The position numbers and the translations under genes were made by a program. From an archaeon (lineage in GTDB: Archaea > Iainarchaeota > Iainarchaeia > Iainarchaeales > VGJJ01): a stretch of 46,167 bases of DNA. Positions 15,727 through 24,165 of the stretch are shown piece by piece. The stretch is from positions 1-46,167 of the forward strand of contig JBBSWQ010000104.1 in NCBI GenBank assembly GCA_038046225.1. Direction: 5' to 3'. The notes beneath the pieces are model-generated. The model saw nothing but the letters and a program-made list of their open reading frames with translations, searched no databases and was not told the origin of the DNA. Position 1 is the first letter of the stretch. Each line of letters begins with the position of its first letter.

Positions 15727-17259
15727 ATGTCCAAGGGTTTCTTCATTTCGTGCGCGATCGATTATCCCAATGCCAATCTCCATATGGGCCACCTGTATGA
15801 GAAGACCATCGCGGATGTGATTGCGCGCGTCCACCGGCTGAATGGGGAAAAAGTCCTTTTTACGGTGGGGAGTGATGAGCACGGGGAGAAAGTGGAGAAG
15901 GCCGCCCACGATGCGGGGTATTCTCCCCAGCAGTATGTGGACAATATGGCCATGCTCTTCCGTCGATTGTTCGACCAGTCATTGATATCCTATGATCGTT
16001 TCATCCGAACGACCGAAAAATCCCACGTCACGGCCGCCCAGGTGTTCTTTCAGTCCCTCTTCGATGCGGGGGATATCTATCCCGACCTGTATGAGGGTTG
16101 GTATTGCGTCTCCGATGAGACGTTTTGGACCGAGAAGGATTTGGTGGAGAAGAACGGGGCTAAACTATGTCCAAACCCTCATTGCGGAAAACCCGTTGAG
16201 CGTGTGAAGGAGGAATCGTATTTCTTCAAGTGGAGTAATTTTCAAAAGCCATTAGAAGAGTGGTATGATCACGTCCCTGCCAACGTGTTTCCTGAATTTA
16301 GGAAGAAGGAGATGGAGCAGTTCATGAAGGATGGGCTTCATGATATCTCGTTTTCTAGAAAATCCCTCCAGTGGGGGATTCAGGTCCCATTCAATTCGGA
16401 GCATACCATTTATGTGTGGGGGGATGCGCTGGTAAACTATTTGACGGTGTGCGGCTACCCTGAGAAGTATGCTGATTTCTGGCCCGCGGATATTCATGTG
16501 GTGGGTCACGATATCAATCGCTTCCACTCCCTGCTGTGGCCCGCCATGCTCATGAGTGCCAAGATTCCATTGCCCAAACAGGTCCTCGTTCACGGCTTCG
16601 TGAATGATGAGCGCGGAGAGAAAATGTCCAAGTCGAAGGGGAATGTGGTGGATCCTCTCCTCATTCTGGAGAAGTTTGGCATCGAGCCCATCCGGTATTA
16701 CCTATTGCGCGAGGCTCCCCTTGGGAACGATTTGGCCTTTTCGGAAAAGAACCTCATCGAGCGGAATAATTCCGAGTTGGCTGACGGATTGGGGAACCTG
16801 GTCTATCGTGTTTTATCCATGCTTGAGAAATACTGCAACGGGGTCATTCCAGACATCCAACCGGATGGGCAAATTCTTGGACAGGCTTCTCTTTCCGCCC
16901 AAGAATCCTATCGTTCCTACCTCTCCCATGACATTCAGGGAGCATTGGTCCATGCGTGGAAGATCGTATCGTTGGGAAACAAATCTATCGCGGATTCGGA
17001 GCCCTGGAAAAAGATGAAGGATGGGAAGCGGGACGAAGTGGAGGTGTTATTGGTGACGGAAGTGGAATTGCTGCGGCAGTTATCCATTCTTATTCAGCCG
17101 GTCCTTCCTACCACGAGCGATTCCATCTGCGCCCAATTCGGCTTTTCCACTCCTACCTTCTCCCAATTGTCCACGACCCCTCCCTCAAGTCCTCGTGCGG
17201 TGAAGAAGGGAAGCGTATTGTTTGTGAAGCGCGAACTTCCGGCAGTAGAAACGAAATAA
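15727..17259 (+). CDS. metG: Methionyl-tRNA synthetase
   Basis: HIGH-type motif (ANLHMGH) and KMSKS present; zinc knuckle CPNPHCGKP. Start trimmed from TTG 15667 to ATG 15727 (MSKGFFIS). Confidence 0.9.
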   Translation: MSKGFFISCAIDYPNANLHMGHLYEKTIADVIARVHRLNGEKVLFTVGSDEHGEKVEKAAHDAGYSPQQYVDNMAMLFRRLFDQSLISYDRFIRTTEKSHVTAAQVFFQSLFDAGDIYPDLYEGWYCVSDETFWTEKDLVEKNGAKLCPNPHCGKPVERVKEESYFFKWSNFQKPLEEWYDHVPANVFPEFRKKEMEQFMKDGLHDISFSRKSLQWGIQVPFNSEHTIYVWGDALVNYLTVCGYPEKYADFWPADIHVVGHDINRFHSLLWPAMLMSAKIPLPKQVLVHGFVNDERGEKMSKSKGNVVDPLLILEKFGIEPIRYYLLREAPLGNDLAFSEKNLIERNNSELADGLGNLVYRVLSMLEKYCNGVIPDIQPDGQILGQASLSAQESYRSYLSHDIQGALVHAWKIVSLGNKSIADSEPWKKMKDGKRDEVEVLLVTEVELLRQLSILIQPVLPTTSDSICAQFGFSTPTFSQLSTTPPSSPRAVKKGSVLFVKRELPAVETK

Positions 17260-17269
17260 TCGTTCTCGC

Positions 17270-18922
17270 TTATTCGTCTGTTTCTTTCCGCGCGCTCGCG
17301 AAGAGCCATCCCAGGACGACCAGGGCCATGACCACGCTCATCCAGGGAGGGGCATCGGGTACATTGATGGTGCCTTGGGGTTCCAACACCGTGAATGTTT
17401 TGAATGCGGAATTATTTCCGGTCACGGTCTCATCGTCCTCGTCGATGGGAATCGTGGTGTCGTCGAAGGGGGTGACGCTGGCATACAATGTGTAGGTCTG
17501 TCCGGGAACAAACGCGCCAGGGTCGCCCGAGTCGAATTCGATGGTGACAGTTTCGGTCCACTCGGCAGTGGTTCCGCTGGCGGGGGTGGGGAACGTAATA
17601 GGATACGTGGCGGGGTCGAATCCAGATATTTCATTTCCCTGTCCGTCTCGGATGATGACATTCAATACTCCTGTGGGGGTCAAATCATATCGTTTATTCT
17701 GCACGGTGATGAGGGCATTGAATTGTTTTCCCTCGATTGGGGGGTTGGGGCTGTAATCGATATTTTTGAGGATGAAGATGTCTCCTCCGGCTCCGTTCGT
17801 TGTAGGCCCGGGTCCGCCGGCATCATCTATAGTGAAGTCAAATTGTTGATAATTGTTGAATGAATCTGCCAATGCCTCATCTTGATTTACTCCGAGTGTA
17901 TGATTAAATTGGGCGGGCAATGCGAATGCCTGGAATCGGTATTGGTGTCCATCAATCAATCCTAGGGCTGTAGCATCAATCGGGTAGGAATACACTCCTA
18001 TTCCGGGCACTGTTTGGGATTCAAGTTTTTGGGCAAAAGGGGTGAGAATGTCTCCGTTATCCACCGGATAGGGCCAGGCGGAATAGGGGGATGTTGAATT
18101 TCCATAGTGAACCCCTACTCGGTTGAGGAATATGATTGGACTGGCAGGTGGGTCTTCGTATAATTCTTGGGCATACAGGAATGCATCTGTGGCCCCGGAA
18201 CAATCTGTGTTCGCGAGATCGCATAGGGATGCGACTAGGAGGGTTCTCGTATCTGTGTATGCGGGGTCTCCGGACAATTTTTGAGTGGTTAGAACGGCCG
18301 TCATCGTGGAAGTGGTCGTGATGGTGCTATTCAGACCCGATAAACTCAGGTCGATGATATCCGGATAAGATGGTGATCCGCTTGCGCTGAATGCCCCGCA
18401 GATTGAATATGCGTATTCCTTGGTGGGCGTTCCGGAGTAGGGCGATTCTGCATGGGCGTTGGTTGTAGAGGATAATCGAACAATCTCGGTATAATTGAGC
18501 GCTCCATCATATGCGTCGCACGTGTTCTGCGGGAATCCGGCTCCCGCGATTTGAAAGCTAATGCTTCCGGTTACACTAGAAAGAGAAAGAGCCTGGCTAT
18601 ATGCGGTTTGCCCAGGAACTTCGGCATGCGCATTGGTTTGACTGGACAATCGGATGAATGTGTTTGTCGATCCGTTCGATACCGTTAATGCCGTTCCTCC
18701 CGATTCCCTGCACCGGATTGCGAGAGGGTAATTGGTGGCACCGAGGGAGGATGGGAATTCGGCATGGGCATTATCGGATGCGGATAGACGTAATATTTCA
18801 ATCCCGCCGAATGTGGGACTGGCAATCGTGTCAGAGCACTCAAGGATTCCCCATGCATTCCCTCCGAGGAAAACGATGCTGCTGATGAGGAGGATTATGA
18901 CTGCGGAATGATCCCTTTTCAT
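17270..18922 (-). CDS. Secreted, C-terminally anchored surface protein with internal repeats
   Basis: 550 aa. N-terminal signal-like segment AVIILLISSIVFLGGNAWG. C-terminal TM plus charged tail (WMSVVMALVVLGWLFASARKETDE). CARDB-like stretch near the C terminus. Confidence 0.6.
   Translation of the reverse strand: MKRDHSAVIILLISSIVFLGGNAWGILECSDTIASPTFGGIEILRLSASDNAHAEFPSSLGATNYPLAIRCRESGGTALTVSNGSTNTFIRLSSQTNAHAEVPGQTAYSQALSLSSVTGSISFQIAGAGFPQNTCDAYDGALNYTEIVRLSSTTNAHAESPYSGTPTKEYAYSICGAFSASGSPSYPDIIDLSLSGLNSTITTTSTMTAVLTTQKLSGDPAYTDTRTLLVASLCDLANTDCSGATDAFLYAQELYEDPPASPIIFLNRVGVHYGNSTSPYSAWPYPVDNGDILTPFAQKLESQTVPGIGVYSYPIDATALGLIDGHQYRFQAFALPAQFNHTLGVNQDEALADSFNNYQQFDFTIDDAGGPGPTTNGAGGDIFILKNIDYSPNPPIEGKQFNALITVQNKRYDLTPTGVLNVIIRDGQGNEISGFDPATYPITFPTPASGTTAEWTETVTIEFDSGDPGAFVPGQTYTLYASVTPFDDTTIPIDEDDETVTGNNSAFKTFTVLEPQGTINVPDAPPWMSVVMALVVLGWLFASARKETDE
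18437..18802 (-). repeat. Three copies of a protein-level motif [IV]xRLS[AS]xxNAHAExP within the surface protein
   Basis: EILRLSASDNAHAEFP, FIRLSSQTNAHAEVP, IVRLSSTTNAHAESP at aa 41-56, 88-103 and 146-161, spaced about 50-58 aa apart. Confidence 0.7.
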
Positions 18923-18994
18923 AGGGGACTAAATCGCCCGCGCTTTATATCCTTTTCTTGGATTCCGCTAATGGGGATGGGCCTCGTTATACTG

Positions 18995-19396
18995 TCACGC
19001 GGTTCCGGTTCTTTTCCGGAGTATTTTGAAGTATTGGTCGAAGCGGAGGTATTCCACTTCGTCCCCGGACGTCAAATCCTTGATGTCGGCGGGCTTGGGA
19101 ACATTAAATGTCTCGTACGTGGCCACGTCCATGAGTTGGACTTGTCCGCCCATCACGGCGACCACTTGGGCGTTGGCCCGGTCTACCACGGGGACTTCCG
19201 CGTCGGCGTGCACGGGGGCCATGAGGTTTCTTTTCTGGTTATCGAATACTCCGCTCGCCGTGATTCGGGCCTTGGCGGCACCATGCTTCCCGGGTTTGGA
19301 TTTTTCCATGGATTTGATTTGGCAGACGAATCCGTCAATCATGACGTATCCGCCCTCTTTTAGGTGTCCGACGTTCGAGAACTTGATTTCGCTCAT
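18995..19396 (-). CDS. eif5a: Translation initiation factor 5A (aIF5A)
   Basis: 133 aa with the hypusination loop SKPGKHGAAKA. GAGG lies about 9 nt upstream of the ATG. Confidence 0.9.
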   Translation of the reverse strand: MSEIKFSNVGHLKEGGYVMIDGFVCQIKSMEKSKPGKHGAAKARITASGVFDNQKRNLMAPVHADAEVPVVDRANAQVVAVMGGQVQLMDVATYETFNVPKPADIKDLTSGDEVEYLRFDQYFKILRKRTGTA

Positions 19397-19530
19397 GGTT
19401 TTTCCTCAATGATTGCGATAATGCGGGTGCGGATTGTTTTTAAGCAATAGGGGTGCGCGTCTCCTCGTATGCGGGCCCCTACCCTTAATAATCCTCGATT
19501 CGTAGTGCCTCTCGTCATGGTGTTCTGTTC

Positions 19531-20031
19531 ATGAATCTCCCTCTGGGCGTTTCCCGCTTCCTGGCGAAGAATGTGAAGTCCTTTGATCCCAAGCGAGAGC
19601 TCGAGGAGTTGTCCACGGCTTCATTCTCCGGCTACCTGATCGAATCCTCCTTTGGGGGGTTGGGCGTCGAGGAATCCGCTCTCTTATTCCGCAATGGTCA
19701 GGCCATTGGGGCCGTGTACGAGTATTATGGCGCCCACCACACCCTTTCGGGGGATGGGGCCCTCCCTCATGTCATGAATGCGTTTCTCTCCGCGGAGGGT
19801 GTTTTGGACGGAATAGACCTCTCGGCCCAGCAGGTGGATCTGGTCGTGGCCTTCAATGCCAGTCTCAAGCTCTCCACTCCCATTTCGAAAGGAATGTTTA
19901 AGTCGCTCGTGAAGGATCGTTTTGATGCCTCCTTGGGCCAGTCTATTGCCATTGCTCGGAACCCGGCCCAGCCGGCGTCCAAGGAATCGTTGTTCAAGAA
20001 GTTCGGTCTCGCGGGGATCGAGAACCATTGA
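19531..20031 (+). CDS. Hypothetical protein (first gene of the MinD-containing cluster)
   Basis: 166-aa ORF co-directional with the next three genes. No firm family assignment. Confidence 0.5.
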   Translation: MNLPLGVSRFLAKNVKSFDPKRELEELSTASFSGYLIESSFGGLGVEESALLFRNGQAIGAVYEYYGAHHTLSGDGALPHVMNAFLSAEGVLDGIDLSAQQVDLVVAFNASLKLSTPISKGMFKSLVKDRFDASLGQSIAIARNPAQPASKESLFKKFGLAGIENH

Positions 20032-20059
20032 ATAGGATGCTGATGTGGGTGAAAAATCT

Positions 20060-20524
20060 ATGGTGATAAAACAAGTGCGCTCGCTCGTTCGCGGGATCAC
20101 GCGCAAAGTGTTGGATGTCGAGGATCACGGTCCCCCGCAGGATCAGATGCATCTCTTGAATCATTTCCTTTCCCGCCACAAGTTCGAATTGAACACGACC
20201 TCCATTCAGGATTTGATACAATCCATGAAAAAGAAGCACCTCGTGGATTCCATCTGCATCTGCTCCCCGAATGGAAGTATCGTGATTTCCACGGATGGGA
20301 ATGATTTCTCCGAGGCCATCATTGGTTCGGCAATGTTCAATTACATCCGGACCGAGCTTCCTGAATCCGAGACCATTCTCATCAAGGATAAGGAGAATTG
20401 GTTCATGGTCTTCCCGCACAATGGGAAGATATACATCGTCCGGGCCGCCTCGGACATGGCCCGGGTGGAATTGCAGGCATTGGCGAAAGAGATTGAATCC
20501 TTCCTCAAGGCGCATGGGGAGTAG
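20060..20524 (+). CDS. Possible Roadblock/LC7 (MglB-like) domain protein
   Basis: Track ORF 20045-20524 (GTG), trimmed to ATG 20060. ICSPNGSIVISTDG...AIIGSAMFNYI...WFMVFPHNGKIYIV is consistent with the Roadblock fold. This is a weak, pattern-only call. Confidence 0.4.
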   Translation: MVIKQVRSLVRGITRKVLDVEDHGPPQDQMHLLNHFLSRHKFELNTTSIQDLIQSMKKKHLVDSICICSPNGSIVISTDGNDFSEAIIGSAMFNYIRTELPESETILIKDKENWFMVFPHNGKIYIVRAASDMARVELQALAKEIESFLKAHGE

Positions 20525-20525
20525 G

Positions 20526-21125
20526 ATGCGCGTGTCCTCCCATCCTGCCTATTTTTCTCTTCCTGGACTAATTCAAAAAATAGATGAACCGTTTCGTTCG
20601 TCGTGCATGCGCATCCTGACTGAAAATGCGGTGTTGTTCTCCAACACCCCTGCGGCGATTCACAATCATCAAACCTGGAATGGGGGATACCTGGATCATT
20701 TGCAGGAAATAATGAATCTGGCGATTGTTTTGTACGATTCCCTTGCCTCGCTTCGTCCTCTTCCCTTTTCGCTTTCGGATGCCTTGATGGTTCTTTTTCT
20801 CCATGACATTGAGAAGCCATGGAAGTATGAACTGGATTCGAAGGGCGCCCTTCAAATCAAAGAGTCCATGCGTGGTCACGCGGCTCAAGAGGCTTTTTGG
20901 CGAAAGATGCTTCCCGAGTATGGGGTTGTTTTTACTCCTGAACAGGAGAATGCCATGGTGTACGTGGAAGGGGAAAATGCGCAATATGCCCCGGGTCGTC
21001 GAACGCAGGGTCCCTTGGCCGCCTTTTGCCATTTGTGTGATACGACGAGTGCGCGGATATGGTTTGAGTATCCCCTCGCGAAGCAGGACCCCTGGATTGG
21101 GGCGGATCGGAATAACCCCGAATAG
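20526..21125 (+). CDS. HD-domain phosphohydrolase-like protein
   Basis: ATG at 20526 lies 1 nt after the previous TAG stop. H...GGYLDHL...LFLHDIEKP...CHLCD gives an HD-like metal-ligand pattern. Confidence 0.55.
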   Translation: MRVSSHPAYFSLPGLIQKIDEPFRSSCMRILTENAVLFSNTPAAIHNHQTWNGGYLDHLQEIMNLAIVLYDSLASLRPLPFSLSDALMVLFLHDIEKPWKYELDSKGALQIKESMRGHAAQEAFWRKMLPEYGVVFTPEQENAMVYVEGENAQYAPGRRTQGPLAAFCHLCDTTSARIWFEYPLAKQDPWIGADRNNPE

Positions 21126-21205
21126 CTCACAGGCCTCCCACGCGTTGATTTAAATGCCTAAACCCCTTCTATGGGTATTATTCCGTCCATTCGGGAGTGA
21201 AAAAC

Positions 21206-23437
21206 ATGGGTCGAAGTATCACGATTGTTTCCGGGAAGGGGGGAGTAGGCAAGTCGCTCGCCTTCGACGAGTACATCAGTCTTCCCAACGGAAGCATTGT
21301 TCAAATTGGCCCTTATATCGATGAACTCATTTCCAGAAGCCCCCAATCGGTGAAGAAAGTCATTTACCAACTGACCGATGGTTCCGAGGAAACGTTTGAA
21401 GTAATCGAACCGGCTGCCGGTTTTGAGTTGGACTCATTCTTGTTCTCGCAGCAAAATCAACAATTGGTGCACGTTCAAAAGAAACCCGTCTCGTTGATGC
21501 GCAAACCGGCGCCCAACGAGCTCCTAAAAATTAGTTGCTCTTCGGGAGATATTTCAGTAACCCCGGAGCACGCGTTTATTGTCATGCGCGAAGGTCAATT
21601 GCAGAAAGTCCGCGCGGACGAACTCGTTGCAAAGAAAGACTACGTGCTCTTATATAAGAATTTCAAAAATATCGAAAAAGAAGAAAATGTTCCAACTCCT
21701 GTCGCTTCTTGGTTGGGGTATGTTATTGGCGACGGCCACATGAGCGATTATCGTGTGGGAGTGTATAATTCTCCCGGAAAATTGCTTCCTCTTATTCGTA
21801 AATCATTCATGGACGTGTTTGGAGAATACCATGAAGTGGTCTCGCGCGGATTGCATGGAATTCATATCTATAAACAGGGAAAGATAAAAGCCATTTTTGA
21901 AAAATACGGGGTGAAGCAAGCTCTGTCCGGTGAAAAGGAAATCCCGACGTCATTATTTGACTCCAATAATGTTTCTCTTTCCGCATTCCTTCGAGCTCTT
22001 TTCGATTGTGATGGAACGGTGAACATTGAACGAAAGGAGGTGGAATATGATTCGAAATCAAAAAAGCTTGTATTCCAGGTCGCCTCTCTTCTCCGAACCC
22101 GTTTTGGGATTTCCTCTCAAATACATCTTACCTATAAAAGAGCCACGAATAGTAAAATGAAAGAGAAAGCCCCCTATTGGAGATTATACATTACGGGGGA
22201 AAGCGCCCGAAAGTTTGGCCAACTTATTGGATTTAATCACGTTGAAAAGGCGCGACGCTTGTATGCCAATTTTTCGAATAATAGAAAAATGAACACAAAC
22301 ATTGAAGTTTTTCCTGTCGGAAAGATTCTCAAAAAGATTCGCCAGGATTCAAATTTGACCGCTCTCCAAATTGCCAAAAAATTAGGCTGTACCAAACAAA
22401 TGGTGTATGAATACGAATGGGAGTATTATGGTCTATCTCGAGAAACAGTGCAAAAATATCTGAATCTATATTCTCAAATGAATGTTTCTCATCCCCAGCT
22501 TTCTTGGTTGCGGCAAATGCTAGAAGGGACCATTGAATTCCGTCGCGTGGATGAAACAAAGAAGATTTCCTATGATTGGCCCCATGTGTATGATTTCCAA
22601 GTGGCTGAAAACGGGGGACATTTCGTCCATTCTACTGGAATCATTATTTCAAATACATCCATCACGGCCAACCTGGGTATCGCCATGGCCCAGCGCGGGG
22701 TATCCGTGTGTTTAGTGGATGCGGACATCGCCATGGCGAATCTCTCCTTGTTATTGGGCATGCAGTCTTCTCCCATCACCCTTCACGATGTGCTGTTAGG
22801 CGAGGCGGGTGTGCAGGATGCCATTTATGATGGTCCCAATGGGCTGAAGCTCATTCCTTCCGGTTTGAGCTTGGAAAATTATCGCAGGGTGGATGCCGAC
22901 CGATTGGCTTCCGTCATCAAAGCTATCCAGCACAAGTTCGATTTTGTCTTATTGGATGGTCCGGCCGGGATTGAAAAGTCCGTGCTGGCCTCCATCGCGG
23001 CCACGGAGGAATGCCTGCTCATCGCCACGCCCGATTCTCCTTCCATTGCGGATGTGTTGAAAACAAAAATCGTGGCGCAGCGTTTGGGAAGCAAGCCTCT
23101 GGGCGTGGTATTGAACATGGTGCATTTTGAGAAGGGGGAGATTTCCAAGGAAGAAGTTTCTCGCATGATGGAACTTCCCGTGTATGCCGCGGTCCCCTAT
23201 GATGACGAGATGCGCCACTCCTTCCAGCGGGATAAGGCATTGCCCGTCATGCTTCGTAACTCTCAGGCCAAGTCCTCGATTGAGATTCAACGCCTCGCGG
23301 CCCGCTTGGCGGGGCTTCCCGTGCAAGCGGAGGAGAAGCACCCTCGCGGTCTTTTCGCGGGAATCATGGGTTTCTTCGCCCGACTATTCGGCGGGGGCCA
23401 TTCCAAGGGAGCGGGTGTGGAAGAGGTTCGGATATAG
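21206..23437 (+). CDS. minD: MinD/ParA-class deviant Walker A ATPase precursor containing an intein; C-terminal amphipathic membrane-targeting helix
   Basis: The extein reads MGRSITIVSGKGGVGK|TSITANLGIAMAQRGVSVCLVDADIAMANLS...LLDGPAGIE...GLFAGIMGFFARLFGG. Likely ATG at 21206, with GGGAGTG 8 nt upstream; the track uses GTG 21197. Confidence 0.85.
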   Translation: MGRSITIVSGKGGVGKSLAFDEYISLPNGSIVQIGPYIDELISRSPQSVKKVIYQLTDGSEETFEVIEPAAGFELDSFLFSQQNQQLVHVQKKPVSLMRKPAPNELLKISCSSGDISVTPEHAFIVMREGQLQKVRADELVAKKDYVLLYKNFKNIEKEENVPTPVASWLGYVIGDGHMSDYRVGVYNSPGKLLPLIRKSFMDVFGEYHEVVSRGLHGIHIYKQGKIKAIFEKYGVKQALSGEKEIPTSLFDSNNVSLSAFLRALFDCDGTVNIERKEVEYDSKSKKLVFQVASLLRTRFGISSQIHLTYKRATNSKMKEKAPYWRLYITGESARKFGQLIGFNHVEKARRLYANFSNNRKMNTNIEVFPVGKILKKIRQDSNLTALQIAKKLGCTKQMVYEYEWEYYGLSRETVQKYLNLYSQMNVSHPQLSWLRQMLEGTIEFRRVDETKKISYDWPHVYDFQVAENGGHFVHSTGIIISNTSITANLGIAMAQRGVSVCLVDADIAMANLSLLLGMQSSPITLHDVLLGEAGVQDAIYDGPNGLKLIPSGLSLENYRRVDADRLASVIKAIQHKFDFVLLDGPAGIEKSVLASIAATEECLLIATPDSPSIADVLKTKIVAQRLGSKPLGVVLNMVHFEKGEISKEEVSRMMELPVYAAVPYDDEMRHSFQRDKALPVMLRNSQAKSSIEIQRLAARLAGLPVQAEEKHPRGLFAGIMGFFARLFGGGHSKGAGVEEVRI
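21254..22654 (+). mobile_element. MinD intein (467 aa, LAGLIDADG endonuclease plus HTH) inserted in Walker A between GK and T
   Basis: Ser1 (TCG at 21254-21256). Block A SLAFDEYISLPNG, block B VTPEH. LAGLIDADG motifs are WLGYVIGDGH and FLRALFDCDGT. Block F/G is VYDFQVAENGGHFVHSTGIIISN, followed by +1 Thr (22655-22657). Sampled lines look AT-richer than the flanks. Confidence 0.8.
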
Positions 23438-23442
23438 TATCA

Positions 23443-23466
23443 TTTTTTTTGGGGTATTCCAAAAAA
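23443..23466 (+). terminator. T8 run with TTTTTTGG/CCAAAAAA hairpin after minD
   Basis: catTTTTTTTTggggtattCCAAAAAAggag lies immediately after the minD TAG and before the Sm gene Shine-Dalgarno (AAGGAG). Confidence 0.4.
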
Positions 23467-23479
23467 GGAGCAACAACCT

Positions 23480-23716
23480 ATGAATAACGCCACGATCCAA
23501 GCATCCCGTCCCTTCGACTGGTTGAGTGAGAGCCTCAACAAGAATGTCCTGGTCGAACTCAAAGGCAGCATGTCCGTGCGGGGCACCCTGAAAGCATTTG
23601 ATGTGCATATGAATGTCGTCCTCGAGGATGCGGAATCGCTCGAGAATGGGAATCCCAAGACCAAATACGGGAAAGTCCTGTTGCGCGGGGATAATATTCT
23701 GCTGATTTCACCGTAG
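23480..23716 (+). CDS. Sm-like (LSm/SmAP) RNA-binding protein
   Basis: 78 aa with Sm1/Sm2 motifs: VLVELKGSMSVRGTLKAFDVHMNVVLEDAE...VLLRGDNILLISP. Confidence 0.85.
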   Translation: MNNATIQASRPFDWLSESLNKNVLVELKGSMSVRGTLKAFDVHMNVVLEDAESLENGNPKTKYGKVLLRGDNILLISP

Positions 23717-23734
23717 TTTCTTTTTTTCTGAAAG

Positions 23735-23806
23735 TGGACGCTGGGGGATTTGAACCCCCAACCTCTTCCATGCCATGGAAGCGCGCTACCGTTGCGCCAA
23801 GCGCCC
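23735..23806 (-). tRNA. tRNA-Ala (anticodon GGC), no encoded CCA
   Basis: Hand-folded. Acceptor GGGCGCT/AGCGTCC includes the G3:U70 alanine identity pair. D stem GCGC/GCGC. Anticodon stem CTTCC/GGAAG with loop AT-GGC-AT. T arm GGGGG-TTCAAAT-CCCCC. Discriminator A. Confidence 0.85.
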
Positions 23807-23965
23807 GACCTTTTTCCCTTGCGGGTAACCAAGCAAAAGCTCGCGCTTTTGCTGGCCACGTAAAGCCAACCGGCTTTACATGGAAGCTCGACCAAAAAGG
23901 CGTGTAAGGGCACCTGCGGTGCCCAGACTGCTTTTGGGTTGACTACTAGGAAGTGCGGTTCAGAA
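23807..23965 (-). ncRNA. Hairpin-dense leader or candidate small RNA between a TATA box and tRNA-Ala (unassigned)
   Basis: Four perfect stem-loops: 23816-23825, 23832-23853, 23860-23879 and 23908-23924. Read on the minus strand, two have GNRA loops (GCAA, GCGA). No TATA-like element lies closer to the tRNA. Confidence 0.3.
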
Positions 23966-23978
23966 TCTTTATAAAACG
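23966..23978. promoter_or_regulatory. Near-palindromic TATA element (CTTTATAAAACGG) usable on either strand
   Basis: TTTATAAAA on plus, TTTTATAAAG on minus. It sits in a 360-bp intergenic gap between the divergent tRNA-Ala (minus) and ORF 24166 (plus). Confidence 0.4.
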
Positions 23979-24165
23979 GCTTTTTGTCGAGGGGCTGTTC
24001 GTCAACAAGGGAGTGGAGGAATCGTCCCTTTACGGTCTTCCTAAAGTTTTAGGTGAAGCTTTCCTGAAATAGTCCATATAACCATCCCCGGGGCAGGGGT
24101 GTATCGGTATCACCCATTATGGGCGATCGGCCGATAGGTCGTTTCTGCTCGGGAGGTGGGATTCC

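Noticed and set aside
23440-23913. 157-aa minus-strand ORF
   Set aside because: It runs antisense through the Sm gene and straight across tRNA-Ala, so it is not a plausible protein gene.
23807-24165. Identification of the hairpin-rich intergenic region as RNase P RNA or SRP RNA
   Set aside because: GGAGGAATCGTCC is only a loose resemblance to the CR-I GAGGAAAGUCC motif. It sits too near ORF 24166 for a ~300-nt RNA, and no CR-V-like ACAGAA..CGGCUUA follows it. No SRP helix-8 GGAA/AGCA motif pair was found on either strand. No C/D (UGAUGA/CUGA) pair was found either.
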